Shown: one piece after another, positions 25,048 to 34,161 of the stretch
How the letters are laid out: the number at the start of each line of letters is the position of its first letter
Numbering within the stretch: position 1 is the stretch's first letter
UHGV virus genome: UHGV-1474357
Direction: 5' to 3' (one strand)
Length of the DNA stretch: 40,754 nucleotides
Source: a virus
Position numbers and translations under genes: made by a program
The notes under the pieces: generated by a model
Seen by the model: the letters and a program-made list of their open reading frames with translations, nothing else
Told to the model about the DNA's origin: nothing
Database searches by the model: none

Positions 25048-27794
25048 TGCCTGTTGTTCCTACTACATCCGGACGCCAGGTGCAAAGTCGTGGTGTGCAA
25101 ACCGGTGGTTTTCAAACCTTCGATGTTCCTCAAGCAGGTCAGGTGCTGGCGAATGTCGCAGATCAGTATGCGGTGGCATATGGTGAAGCCAGGCAGAAAG
25201 CGAATGTTGCTATGGCCCAGGAGGCGTTACTGCAATTTAACCAATTTGCAGATGACCAGATTAACAACCCAGAAAATGGGCTGATTTCTAAACAGGGTAA
25301 AAACGCTCTTGGTCAGAGTGACGCTGTTATGAAAAATATGCAGGAAAGGGCTCAGGCATTATTAGGCTCAATTCCTGAAAGTGAGGAAAGGAATAAATTA
25401 TCCTTTCAACTCCAGCAGTCTATGCAGTCTTATTACAATCAGGCACGTCGATATGAAGTTGGGCAGTTTCAGCAATTCCAAGATCAAACGTATTTGTCAG
25501 GAAATGCATTGGCTGTCACTCAGTCTGCGGGGCTATATAGCGATAACCAAGCATTTGTCGATTTAGCCAAGCAGCGATTTGAATCTATTGATCAATACGC
25601 TGATGCGCATGGGCTTCCTGATGAGTGGCGTGTTCAGCAGAAAACTCAGCTCAAGGAACAAATGGGGCAGCAAGCATGGATAGGAAATATCGCTCAAAAA
25701 TACAACGAGTTTCTTCAGGTTAATGGAGAGCCAGGGGATCTTGACGGTGTGAGCCGTGCAATGTCACATGGTAATTCATTGGATGCTCGTGGTTTACGTA
25801 ATAATAATCCTGGTAATATTGAAGCGAGCAAATCTAACCCGTGGGAAGGTCAGATCGGTAGCGATGGACGTTTTGCAACGTTTGCTACCCCTGAGCATGG
25901 AATCCGCGCGTTGGGTAAAAATATGTTGTCTTACCAGCGTCAAGGCTATGACACCGTTAGCGAGATTGTTAATCGTTATGCTCCGGCTAGTGATGGTAAT
26001 AATACTGATGCTTATATTAGGGCATTGTGTGGTGAGCTTGGTGTTGGGGAGAATGATCAGCTTGATATCTCTAACCCAAAGACACTAGCTGCTTTATGTG
26101 CTGGGATTATTAAACACGAAAATGGCAGTATGCCTTATAGCACCGAACAGCTTGAAACTGGTATCTCGGCAGCCCTTGGTCTAACTAACCTTGATTCACC
26201 TAAGCGTTATACGGGCAATGCGGCATTTGATGCTATGAGCCCTCAAATGCAAATACAGGCATTGAGGCAGGCTAATGAGCTGAGAAATCAGTACCGCCAG
26301 CAGTATGCGGACCAGCTTAGCACCGTAGTTAAAGATGCATATTCAGCCCTTGATGAAGGATTGAAACCTGAGCAGTTACCTTCTGAGGACGATTTTATCC
26401 GGGCCAATGGTCCGCGCATTGGCGCTATGAAGTGGAAGGATATGCAGGCGCAGATACAATATGGAGGTGTCATTGGTGCCGCTAAAGACCTCACTCCAGA
26501 AGGACGACAAGACATTCTTGAACGTTTACGTCCACAGGATCCAAACGCTCCTGGATTTGCAGCTAACCAGCAACGCTGGGAGAAAATGCAGGCCAAATTT
26601 AAAGAGATGGATAGGGAGTGGGAGATTCAGCAGGGAAGAAACAGGTTCGTGTCTTCAATGCAAAATAACTTCCCGCTGGACCCGAACGACAAAAACAATC
26701 AGGCAGCGGTAGACCGTTATTTCGCGCAGGATATCGCGCCTTCGTTTTCCATATCTGATCCGCAGAGCATCAATACACTGGTCACCGTCACAACTAAAAG
26801 CGGCATGATACCAACTCAGGTTAAAACAATGCTTAACAGTGGAGCAACATCAAGAGATCCTGCGCTGGTTGTCCCGATGGCAAAATTCTACGGTCAGTTA
26901 TTCGATAATAATCCGGCGGCAGCGGCAACACTTGATAAAAGTACGATGGCATTTTACGGCAAGGTTTACGATTATTCCCGCGCTGGCGTGCCGGAGGATA
27001 AGGCTGTTGATATGGCTTACAGCCAGGTGTTCCAACAGGATGACCGAATGAAACAGATGCTTTCCACTGCCATGCGAGACAAAAAATATGTCGCGGCGAG
27101 GGCAACTGCTGCACAAAATAACGCCAGCAGTCTGACTTCCTTTGGTTCGTGGTCTCCGGATATTACCGATCCAGGAAAATCAAATGCGGCCTATCAGCGA
27201 GATTACCAGACAATTTACGATGCTAACTTTGTACAGACAGGTGGCGATGCAGAACAGGCTGAGAAAATGACCAATGCCATGATCAGAACCACTTGGGGAG
27301 TTTCTACGGTTAATGGCAAAGCAGAGGTTATGAAGTATGCACCTGAGGCATTGTACGGAGTAAATAATGGTGCTGGTAACTGGATACAGGGGCAGTGGGA
27401 GCAGGAAAAACGCGAGCTTAAATCAAAATCCTTTGGCGGTCCTCGCAGTGATACGGACTTAATACTTGTTTCTGATGGCCTTACGGCAAGGGATAGGAGT
27501 TATGCTGTTATGGTTTTACAGCCTGACGCAAACGGAGCGATAGAACCGAGAAATTATATTGGAGAAAATGGTCTCCCTGTTCGTTTCAAGCCGGATCAGC
27601 TGACATCTCCAATGTACAGGCAAACCATTCAGTTCCAGCAACAGCGTGTTGATGAGGCTAGAGTGCGGAGAGAAGGCAATCCGCTGCCGCAGTTCAGCAA
27701 TAAAGATGGATATACTCCTCCAGATCTGACCAAACCATTCGGTTATGGTTCAGCCAATTACCTTCCGAGCAATATATACGCAGGGGGCAAATAA
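25047..27794 (+). CDS. Internal virion/ejection protein C-like (T7 gp15-like), putative
   Basis: 915 aa; synteny and size; contains NNPGNIE...GSDGRFATFATPEHGIRALGKNMLSY segment reminiscent of virion-associated peptidoglycan hydrolase motifs (unverified). Confidence 0.6.
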   Translation: MPVVPTTSGRQVQSRGVQTGGFQTFDVPQAGQVLANVADQYAVAYGEARQKANVAMAQEALLQFNQFADDQINNPENGLISKQGKNALGQSDAVMKNMQERAQALLGSIPESEERNKLSFQLQQSMQSYYNQARRYEVGQFQQFQDQTYLSGNALAVTQSAGLYSDNQAFVDLAKQRFESIDQYADAHGLPDEWRVQQKTQLKEQMGQQAWIGNIAQKYNEFLQVNGEPGDLDGVSRAMSHGNSLDARGLRNNNPGNIEASKSNPWEGQIGSDGRFATFATPEHGIRALGKNMLSYQRQGYDTVSEIVNRYAPASDGNNTDAYIRALCGELGVGENDQLDISNPKTLAALCAGIIKHENGSMPYSTEQLETGISAALGLTNLDSPKRYTGNAAFDAMSPQMQIQALRQANELRNQYRQQYADQLSTVVKDAYSALDEGLKPEQLPSEDDFIRANGPRIGAMKWKDMQAQIQYGGVIGAAKDLTPEGRQDILERLRPQDPNAPGFAANQQRWEKMQAKFKEMDREWEIQQGRNRFVSSMQNNFPLDPNDKNNQAAVDRYFAQDIAPSFSISDPQSINTLVTVTTKSGMIPTQVKTMLNSGATSRDPALVVPMAKFYGQLFDNNPAAAATLDKSTMAFYGKVYDYSRAGVPEDKAVDMAYSQVFQQDDRMKQMLSTAMRDKKYVAARATAAQNNASSLTSFGSWSPDITDPGKSNAAYQRDYQTIYDANFVQTGGDAEQAEKMTNAMIRTTWGVSTVNGKAEVMKYAPEALYGVNNGAGNWIQGQWEQEKRELKSKSFGGPRSDTDLILVSDGLTARDRSYAVMVLQPDANGAIEPRNYIGENGLPVRFKPDQLTSPMYRQTIQFQQQRVDEARVRREGNPLPQFSNKDGYTPPDLTKPFGYGSANYLPSNIYAGGK

Positions 27795-30700
27795 TGCCGA
27801 TATATGAACAGGATCCTAAAGAGTTGCTTGGCGAGGATATTCAGCAAATAGCAGCACCTGATGACAGTAATTTCTATATGGAAACACCTTCTTTGCTTTC
27901 TGCTGTGAACCCATTTACCAGTGATCAACGCGTTCAAAGGTCTAGACAAGCAGCATTTCGTATAGATAACACGCTGGGTAGCTTTATTGCCAGTGCTCCT
28001 TTCAGTCAGTTTGACAGGGTTGAAGGATATAACCCATTTGATAACGATGCAGCAGATATTAAAGGCTATGAAGATTTTGCAGATTCGTTTATCAACTCCG
28101 GTTCGCATGAAGAAACAATGGCAATTAAACATCGAATCGATAAGCAAAGAACAGATAGAGAATATCTATCTGAAATGGGTGGTGCTGGTACTATTTCAAG
28201 CTTAGCAATGGGAATGATAGACCCGGTTAATGTGGCTGCAATGTTCATCCCTGTAGGGGCGGTAGCGCGTGGAGGAAGTATTGCTGAGACGGCAGGGCGT
28301 TTTGCCCTGGCGAATGCTGCTGGTGGGGGAGTATCAGAAGCCGCATTACAGGCCACTCAGGAAGCTCGCTCACCGATGGAGAGCGTATCGAACGTTGTTG
28401 TTGATGCTCTCGTTGGTGGGATCCTTGGTGCTGGTGCACAGCTACTTGCTGGACCTAGCGCGCGCGAGGCAGTGGTTAACTCAGTAGGTAATCATTTGCG
28501 AGGTATGGATTCTCCTCAAAGCATTGGTGCAGCTCAGGTTTTCAATACCACACTCGATCAGGAACAGCTCGCTGGACTTGGACTTGCTAACAAAACGTTG
28601 AGTGTCACTCCTGCTGGCCGCTTGGCGCAATCACCATCTCTTGTCTCCCGTCAGATTAACCAGCAGCTTGCCGAAAATAACTATTTCTTCGCCAAAAATG
28701 ATGAGGGGTTGGCTACGTTTACGGCAGTCGAGACTAAGATTAAGCAATACGACGCCATGCTTTATAAGCAGATGGAAGCCACTCGTGATGCTTATCAGCA
28801 GTACAGCAAATCTGTTAGCGCCCGCGGCGTGAAGAGGATGAACTTTATTGATTTCAATGAAGCTGTTGGCATGGCCATGCGCCGTGGTGATCAGAGTGAT
28901 ATTCCTGAGGTTTCACAAGCAGCCGCCAGAATCCGCCCCATTTTCGAGATCACAAAAGCCCGTATGCAGGAACTGGGGATCCTTCCTGAGGATATCGATG
29001 TCGTGACGGCGAAAAGTTATCTTCCCCGCATTTATAAGTTCGATAAGATACTTTCCGACCGCACTGAATTCAGAGGGCGAATTGCCAACTGGATACAAGG
29101 GATTAGTGCCAAAGGTGCTGACAAGGCAGGTCAGCGAATTGAAAGGATAAATTCATTGCTAAAAACTGCAGAGGAATCGGCACCGCGCGCTGATGCTCTC
29201 GCTAGTGAAATCGCTGAAGCGGAGAAATGGTCTGGTAAAAAAATTCTACTCATGGAAGAACTGGATAAACGAAATAAGCTTATATCTCAGGAGACTGACA
29301 CACAGGCGCGTCTTACAAGAATAGAAAAAGAGTTGGCCGAGACTTCATCAGAAAAACTTCAGGCAAGAATGATGAAAGAAAGCTCTGACCTTAAAACACG
29401 CCTTGATGATATAGCGCAGGCAAAGAGTGAGCTTCCTGTCTATCAGCGCCATATGGAGTTGCTGGATAATCCACGGAAATATCGTTCTGAGCTTCGCCGA
29501 CTGCAAAAACGGGCAAATTCAACCACAAGGCTGAATGCAAGCCGCGAACGAGCACTGAAGCAGATGGAGCCTCTATCCCGAGAGGAAGCAGAGGACGCTG
29601 CTGACGAGATCGTGAATAAAATAATAGGCGCACCTTCCGGGCTTGTACCAGCCGATATTATCCCAGAGAGACTCGTTGGTCGGGCTGGTTTCACTAAAAG
29701 CAGAACGCTGCTTATTCCTGATGAGCGTATAGAAGATTTTCTTGAATCAGATGTTAACTACATCATGGAAAGTTATCTCCGGCAGGTGGCACCAGAAATT
29801 GAGCTGACTGCGCAGTTTGGCCGTAAAGATATGGGGGAGCAAATCCGTCAGGTTAGTGAGGAATATACCCGGCTAATAAAAGAGGCTAAAACACCTAAAC
29901 GACGTGCAGTTCTTGAGAAGCAACGGGAGGCTGATATTAGGGATATTACGGCTATGCGTGATCGACTGCTTGGTACTTACGGTGCACCTCAAGATCCACG
30001 CAGTTTCTTTGTTCGTGCCGGGCGAGTTGCTAGGAATATTAACTTCCTCCGTTTGCTTGGTGGAATGACTGTCTCCGCTGCAACTGATCTGATGCGACCG
30101 ATGATGCAGCATGGCCTGAGAAAATCTCTCGGACCAATGGTAAGCATGCTTAAAAATATGGACTCAGTGAAAATTGCAACCAGGGATTTGCGAGAAATGG
30201 CCGTTGGGCTTGATTATGTCCTGTCTACGCGTACAAAGGCTATAGCGGATCTTACTGACCCCTATAGCCGGAGAAGCGCCGCTGAGCGAGGTCTGAACTG
30301 GATGACGCAGAAATTCGGTAACTGGACGCTGATGAATCAGTGGAACAGCGCACTTAAATCATGGTCTGGGATGATAGTGCAGTCGAGGATACTTGACGCG
30401 GCTCGCCAAGTTTCTGCTGGTGGCACGCTCTCCAAAAGTGAAATGCGGAAGATGGCACAGGTCGGCATCAATGAAGATGTTCTGCGTCGAATCGGGGAGC
30501 AATTCGGGAAGCACGGAGAGGATATGGACGGGCTGTTAACCGGGCATAGTCATCTGTGGGATGACCGTTTCGCTAGAGAGATTTTCCAGTCTGCAGTGCT
30601 GAAAGATGTAGACTCAGTGATTGTAACGCCTGGCGTAGGTGATACACCGCTGTTTTTTAGTAAAGAAGGCTGGAAGATGATCACGCAGTTCAAAACGTTT

Positions 30701-31183
30701 ATCTTCGCACAGCATAACAGGGTGCTGGTATCTGGTATCCAGCAGGGCGATGCTGCATTCTATCTTGGTGCGCTTGGCACGATTGCGCTTGGCTCAATGG
30801 TCTATATGATGAAACAGAAGTTAAGCGGTCGCGATATTGACTACAGCTGGAATAACCTTGTGAAAGAGGGGATCGACCGGGGCGGAATGCTTGGCTGGCT
30901 CTCTGAGCCGCTGAATACCGTTGAGAACATAAGCGGTGGTAGGTTTGGTCTTGGCGCGATGTTTGGTGCGCCTCCGGTATCAAGGTTTCAGAGTCGTAAT
31001 GCTATTGGTGCTTTACTTGGTCCTACCTTTGATCTTGGCGGTGATGCCGCGACGGTTGCGAATGGTGTACTTAACGGAGAATTTGACAGCCAGCAAACCC
31101 ACGCGGTCCGTAAAATGCTACCTTTTCAGAACCTGTGGGCGATATCACCATTACTAAATAAAGTTGAAGAGCAGATGAAATAG
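27794..31183 (+). CDS. Internal virion/ejection protein D-like (T7 gp16-like), putative
   Basis: 1129 aa; synteny and size; hydrophobic segment near C-terminus (AFYLGALGTIALGSMVYMM). Confidence 0.6.
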   Translation: MPIYEQDPKELLGEDIQQIAAPDDSNFYMETPSLLSAVNPFTSDQRVQRSRQAAFRIDNTLGSFIASAPFSQFDRVEGYNPFDNDAADIKGYEDFADSFINSGSHEETMAIKHRIDKQRTDREYLSEMGGAGTISSLAMGMIDPVNVAAMFIPVGAVARGGSIAETAGRFALANAAGGGVSEAALQATQEARSPMESVSNVVVDALVGGILGAGAQLLAGPSAREAVVNSVGNHLRGMDSPQSIGAAQVFNTTLDQEQLAGLGLANKTLSVTPAGRLAQSPSLVSRQINQQLAENNYFFAKNDEGLATFTAVETKIKQYDAMLYKQMEATRDAYQQYSKSVSARGVKRMNFIDFNEAVGMAMRRGDQSDIPEVSQAAARIRPIFEITKARMQELGILPEDIDVVTAKSYLPRIYKFDKILSDRTEFRGRIANWIQGISAKGADKAGQRIERINSLLKTAEESAPRADALASEIAEAEKWSGKKILLMEELDKRNKLISQETDTQARLTRIEKELAETSSEKLQARMMKESSDLKTRLDDIAQAKSELPVYQRHMELLDNPRKYRSELRRLQKRANSTTRLNASRERALKQMEPLSREEAEDAADEIVNKIIGAPSGLVPADIIPERLVGRAGFTKSRTLLIPDERIEDFLESDVNYIMESYLRQVAPEIELTAQFGRKDMGEQIRQVSEEYTRLIKEAKTPKRRAVLEKQREADIRDITAMRDRLLGTYGAPQDPRSFFVRAGRVARNINFLRLLGGMTVSAATDLMRPMMQHGLRKSLGPMVSMLKNMDSVKIATRDLREMAVGLDYVLSTRTKAIADLTDPYSRRSAAERGLNWMTQKFGNWTLMNQWNSALKSWSGMIVQSRILDAARQVSAGGTLSKSEMRKMAQVGINEDVLRRIGEQFGKHGEDMDGLLTGHSHLWDDRFAREIFQSAVLKDVDSVIVTPGVGDTPLFFSKEGWKMITQFKTFIFAQHNRVLVSGIQQGDAAFYLGALGTIALGSMVYMMKQKLSGRDIDYSWNNLVKEGIDRGGMLGWLSEPLNTVENISGGRFGLGAMFGAPPVSRFQSRNAIGALLGPTFDLGGDAATVANGVLNGEFDSQQTHAVRKMLPFQNLWAISPLLNKVEEQMK

Positions 31184-31184
31184 G

Positions 31185-32036
31185 ATGAAAAAAATAAATT
31201 TGTTTTTTGGCATAGTGCTTTCAATAGTCTCTGTAAATCCTACAGCTGCCAGTTCATTGCAATGCAATAAGGATAACTTTGATGCATGCAAAACGTGTGA
31301 ACAATTATCAAAGGCTATCGACTTAAAAGAACCTAATCGTGGCGATTACTATAGAGGGGCTTTATGGAATGGGCTTTACGCCTCTTATGTAATTAATTGC
31401 CCTGTGGTTGCTGAGAAGTTACTGAGCCATGGTGCTATACCATCATATGGCGGATATATGGGGTCTATGGGGGCGGTTCTGACAGGAAAATGGCCTCATA
31501 ACAATGAATCAATAAATCTTTCATGGGCAGATTTGCTTATAAAACATGGATTTGATGTTAATAGGCATACGGGGAATTATAAATCAGCTACTGAAGTATG
31601 GGCTATAGATAAAAAACAGATTGAATATAAGTCAGTTTTTGACAAGTTAATTCAATCCAGCGAAGTAAAACCACTCGATCCTTCAAGAAATTTAGAATGG
31701 TGTGCGTCTGAAGGGTATCGCTCAGTTGTCGTTTATTCCCTTAACTCATGTATAGAAAATGCTATAAAACGTTTGGATGATGGTGTTTCTTCAGCGTCTG
31801 ATATTTCATCAGCAGCCGTAAATTCCTGTACTAGCGATGTAGAAAATTTCAATAAGCATTTGGCATGCAAAGCAGCTGTTAAAGAAAACTCTGATAAAGA
31901 GAGAAGCGACGTTTACCAGTTATTAACCAGTGATAGTCAAATGAATAAAAATGTTATTGATATGCTGAAGGAAAGAAATATTGAAACGGTTCTTGAATTT
32001 AGAGCTGAAAATCGATCAGCGAAAACTGCACAGTGA
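31185..32036 (+). CDS. Secreted protein with ankyrin-like repeats (AT-rich cargo gene)
   Basis: N-terminal signal peptide (MKKINLFFGIVLSIVSVNPTAAS); repeat-like segments LLSHGAIPS and LLIKHGFDVNRHTGN; clearly lower GC than flanking virion genes; strong terminator follows. Confidence 0.55.
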   Translation: MKKINLFFGIVLSIVSVNPTAASSLQCNKDNFDACKTCEQLSKAIDLKEPNRGDYYRGALWNGLYASYVINCPVVAEKLLSHGAIPSYGGYMGSMGAVLTGKWPHNNESINLSWADLLIKHGFDVNRHTGNYKSATEVWAIDKKQIEYKSVFDKLIQSSEVKPLDPSRNLEWCASEGYRSVVVYSLNSCIENAIKRLDDGVSSASDISSAAVNSCTSDVENFNKHLACKAAVKENSDKERSDVYQLLTSDSQMNKNVIDMLKERNIETVLEFRAENRSAKTAQ

Positions 32037-32057
32037 TCAAACAGGCCGCTTTCGCGG
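32033..32057 (+). terminator. Intrinsic terminator after secreted ankyrin-like gene
   Basis: AGGCCGC-TTTC-GCGGCCT followed by TGTTTTT. Confidence 0.7.
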
Positions 32058-32065
32058 CCTTGTTT

Positions 32066-32227
32066 TTAACGAATGCCACCGCCACCCGGGCGGGAATCCG
32101 CAGAACGCCCACCGCAGCGGGAGCCGTCAGCAGCAGTGTCGCTGTCGTGCTGACAACGACCGGCAAAGGCCTGAGTTGAAGCTACCAGAGACAACAAAAC
32201 GAACAGTGCAGCAAATGCTTTTTTCAT
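32066..32227 (-). CDS. Putative small secreted protein (53 aa)
   Basis: Internal ATG gives MKKAFAALFVLLSLVASTQAFA signal-peptide-like N-terminus; -35/-10-like TTGACG / TATAGA upstream; weak SD, so low confidence. Confidence 0.3.
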   Translation of the reverse strand: MKKAFAALFVLLSLVASTQAFAGRCQHDSDTAADGSRCGGRSADSRPGGGGIR

Positions 32228-32300
32228 TGTGAAATTTCCATCTATAAGCCACCTCAATGTGGCGTCAATGAGTGTAGCACTGACTTTTGTTTCGTCCATA

Positions 32301-32323
32301 AAAAAGCCCTCAGTGCGGGCTTA
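32301..32323 (-). terminator. Intrinsic terminator after the two-gene cassette
   Basis: Minus-strand hairpin AAGCCCGCACTGAGGGCTT followed by TTTTT. Confidence 0.5.
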
Positions 32324-32698
32324 ATTAACTTCGAGGATAATAGAATCTTTAGACTTGAATCCCACTTTCCTCATGGCTGTAATGACGTTTTGGATAACCC
32401 ACGTTTTCCCAAACTCTCTTTCGTGTACAATGGCGCAAGGAAAATGAAGGGCGCTTTTGTTGCACTTTATGGTGAAAGTTGTACCTTCAGCAAAATCCAA
32501 AACAGTCTGCAGATGTGCAGATATAAACGATTTAAACACATCTTCAAGCTCAGCAAGAGTAATTGGCGGTTTGTTCCTCTCGTCGTTCAGGCGTTCATAT
32601 GCTGCGTGAAATGAAAAGTGAATTCTTGCCGCATCTTCTTGCAAGATCTCGTTAATCTCATCCTCAAGATCAATGAGTTGTTGTTCTGTTATAGACAT
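32321..32698 (-). CDS. Hypothetical protein (125 aa), second gene of overlapping two-gene cassette
   Basis: ATG 32698 overlaps the upstream gene end by 10 nt; acidic helical N-terminus; AT-rich. Confidence 0.55.
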   Translation of the reverse strand: MSITEQQLIDLEDEINEILQEDAARIHFSFHAAYERLNDERNKPPITLAELEDVFKSFISAHLQTVLDFAEGTTFTIKCNKSALHFPCAIVHEREFGKTWVIQNVITAMRKVGFKSKDSIILEVN

Positions 32699-32907
32699 AG
32701 ATAACGGGAGGTCGCCTCACTTATTTTTTGATTTAATTCATCATCATTGGATGCACGTACAGTAGCAACATGCTTACTTTGGCGTAGGGTCCCAATTCTG
32801 ATATCAAATTCTTCATTATCGAAAGAGTCAACGAAAACAGCTTTACCAGTTTCTGGATGGTAAAAAGAGGCATAGTTTTGGTTGAGTTGCATATCAAATT
32901 TAAACAT
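32689..32907 (-). CDS. Hypothetical protein (72 aa), first gene of overlapping two-gene cassette
   Basis: Strong SD GGGAGGA before ATG 32907; dyad operator about 118 bp upstream. Confidence 0.55.
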   Translation of the reverse strand: MFKFDMQLNQNYASFYHPETGKAVFVDSFDNEEFDIRIGTLRQSKHVATVRASNDDELNQKISEATSRYLCL

Positions 32908-33024
32908 ATCATCCTCCCATACGGGAACAGACGTGACTTACATACGGTGTGATTTTGACTAGTTAACTTTCTGCAGCAAAACCATCACGGTAACTACAAA
33001 CTAAAATGTTACAAATCAACTTTC

Positions 33025-33039
33025 TTACCTTTGGGGTAA
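33025..33039. promoter_or_regulatory. TTACC-N5-GGTAA dyad (TTACCTTTGGGGTAA)
   Basis: Perfect arms; on the minus strand it sits 5 nt upstream of a TTGATT -35-like hexamer ahead of the two-gene cassette. Confidence 0.45.
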
Positions 33040-33065
33040 TAGTACGCTATTCACCTGCAATCTGT

Positions 33066-33090
33066 ACAGAATTATTTAAAGGCACATCCC
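33066..33090 (-). terminator. Hairpin after antirepressor-like gene
   Basis: Minus-strand GGCACAGGGATGTGCC followed by TTTAAATAATT. Confidence 0.4.
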
Positions 33091-33105
33091 TGTGCCGCCG
33101 TTCTG

Positions 33106-33762
33106 TCAGAAGACCCCTGCCTTGTCGTTGATGTATTCCGCGTGGGTCTGGATATCACGCAGGCATTTACTCACACCGACGATGTAGCAGAACATGGTAG
33201 TCAGCTCCGCCGCCGCGCCCGATACGTCGTGCCCGTCGTCCTGTAACTGGTTCAGCAGATTCATCAGCAGTGAGTTCTCCGTCAGGCCGAGAACACCAGA
33301 TGGGGAATGAATCAGGCTGCGGTAGCCGGGCTTCAGTGGGGCGCTGTATTCTTTTTTGTCTTCCAGCTTGATCGCCTCCATAATGGCGGGCATGAAGCCT
33401 GACAAGACCTTCTCCACTTTTGTTTCTTGTTGTCTTAAACGTTTCTCGCATTCAATGAAGTAGCGTCGCACCTGGCGACCTTTTTCGTTACGCTCGACCA
33501 TCGCCAGCTCTTTGGCTGTATCAAGGGTGAGGTGGTACTCTTTGCGGTTGTGGCCGCCTCTACCAGATGTTTGCTTTCCCAAATTGGAAAGCAAAATATA
33601 GTCTTGATTTTCAATGAATTCGTATTCTGATATGCGATTTGTAATCCATGCTGCAAACACCTTTTTAACACCTAAAAAAGCGTGCAGATCGCGGGCATTA
33701 CAAAGTAGGGCTGTTTCGTTAGATATAGTGCCGTTGAATACGGGGATGAGTTGAGCGTTCAT
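33106..33762 (-). CDS. Antirepressor-like protein (Bro-N/AntA-like N-terminal domain, Ant C-terminal domain)
   Basis: 218 aa; N-terminus [27 protein letters not shown] and central [26 protein letters not shown] resemble phage antirepressor families; GGAG SD; C-terminal 70 aa homologous to the small gene at 34913-35170. Confidence 0.7.
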   Translation of the reverse strand: MNAQLIPVFNGTISNETALLCNARDLHAFLGVKKVFAAWITNRISEYEFIENQDYILLSNLGKQTSGRGGHNRKEYHLTLDTAKELAMVERNEKGRQVRRYFIECEKRLRQQETKVEKVLSGFMPAIMEAIKLEDKKEYSAPLKPGYRSLIHSPSGVLGLTENSLLMNLLNQLQDDGHDVSGAAAELTTMFCYIVGVSKCLRDIQTHAEYINDKAGVF

Positions 33763-33920
33763 GATGGCGTCTCCACTTAGCGAATTACATCACCACCGCT
33801 GAGACCAATCAGATGGTGGTGAACTGAACGGAGTTGGTCTTACCGGCCTAAGTGGTACCGGCGTCCTTTCGGACCCCCATTCAGCCCACCATAATTCTGG
33901 CATGACTGTGCTATACGCAT

Positions 33921-34030
33921 AAAAAAACCACGTCTGGCGTGGTATGCGCCACTTAGTAATCCGGGAGACCAATCCCGGCACTGGATTTTGCCAGTGCCCG
34001 ATTACTATGGCACAAGAGGAGTGCAATGTA
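33921..34030 (-). ncRNA. Candidate structured leader / small RNA with intrinsic terminator upstream of antirepressor gene
   Basis: Minus-strand hairpins GGCACTGG-CAAAAT-CCAGTGCC and CCGGGA-TTGGTC-TCCCGG, then terminator ACCACGCC-AGA-CGTGGT plus TTTTTTT (33921-33943); promoter-like TTGATT / TTATCA hexamers at about 34081-34049 and a dyad operator at 34034-34048; no credible ORF. Confidence 0.3.
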
Positions 34031-34033
34031 AAT

Positions 34034-34048
34034 TTACCGCAAAGGTAA
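34034..34048. promoter_or_regulatory. TTACC-N5-GGTAA dyad (TTACCGCAAAGGTAA)
   Basis: Perfect arms; directly abuts the -10-like hexamer of the putative leftward ant promoter. Confidence 0.45.
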
Positions 34049-34126
34049 TGATAAACGCGAAGAAATATTAAAATCAACCGTATTTGGTTGATTGCGTTTA
34101 ACGCTTGATCACCTGAAAGCAAGATA

Positions 34127-34141
34127 TTACCTTTAAGGTAA
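34127..34141. promoter_or_regulatory. TTACC-N5-GGTAA dyad (TTACCTTTAAGGTAA)
   Basis: Perfect arms; 20 nt upstream of ATG 34162. Confidence 0.45.
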
Positions 34142-34161
34142 TGTTATTGTGAGGAAAAGCA

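Noticed and set aside
31981-32232. 83-aa plus-strand ORF overlapping the terminator after the secreted protein gene
   Set aside because: It starts inside the upstream gene and runs through a strong terminator hairpin; the Arg/Gly-rich translation looks non-coding.
33763-34030. Search for a LexA box upstream of the full-length antirepressor gene
   Set aside because: No CTGT-N8-ACAG with AT-rich spacer is present there; the only strong SOS box is at 35189-35210.
33790-34122. 110-aa minus-strand ORF spanning the region upstream of the antirepressor gene
   Set aside because: It runs through hairpins and a terminator, has no SD and a biased, implausible product; the region is better explained as structured RNA.
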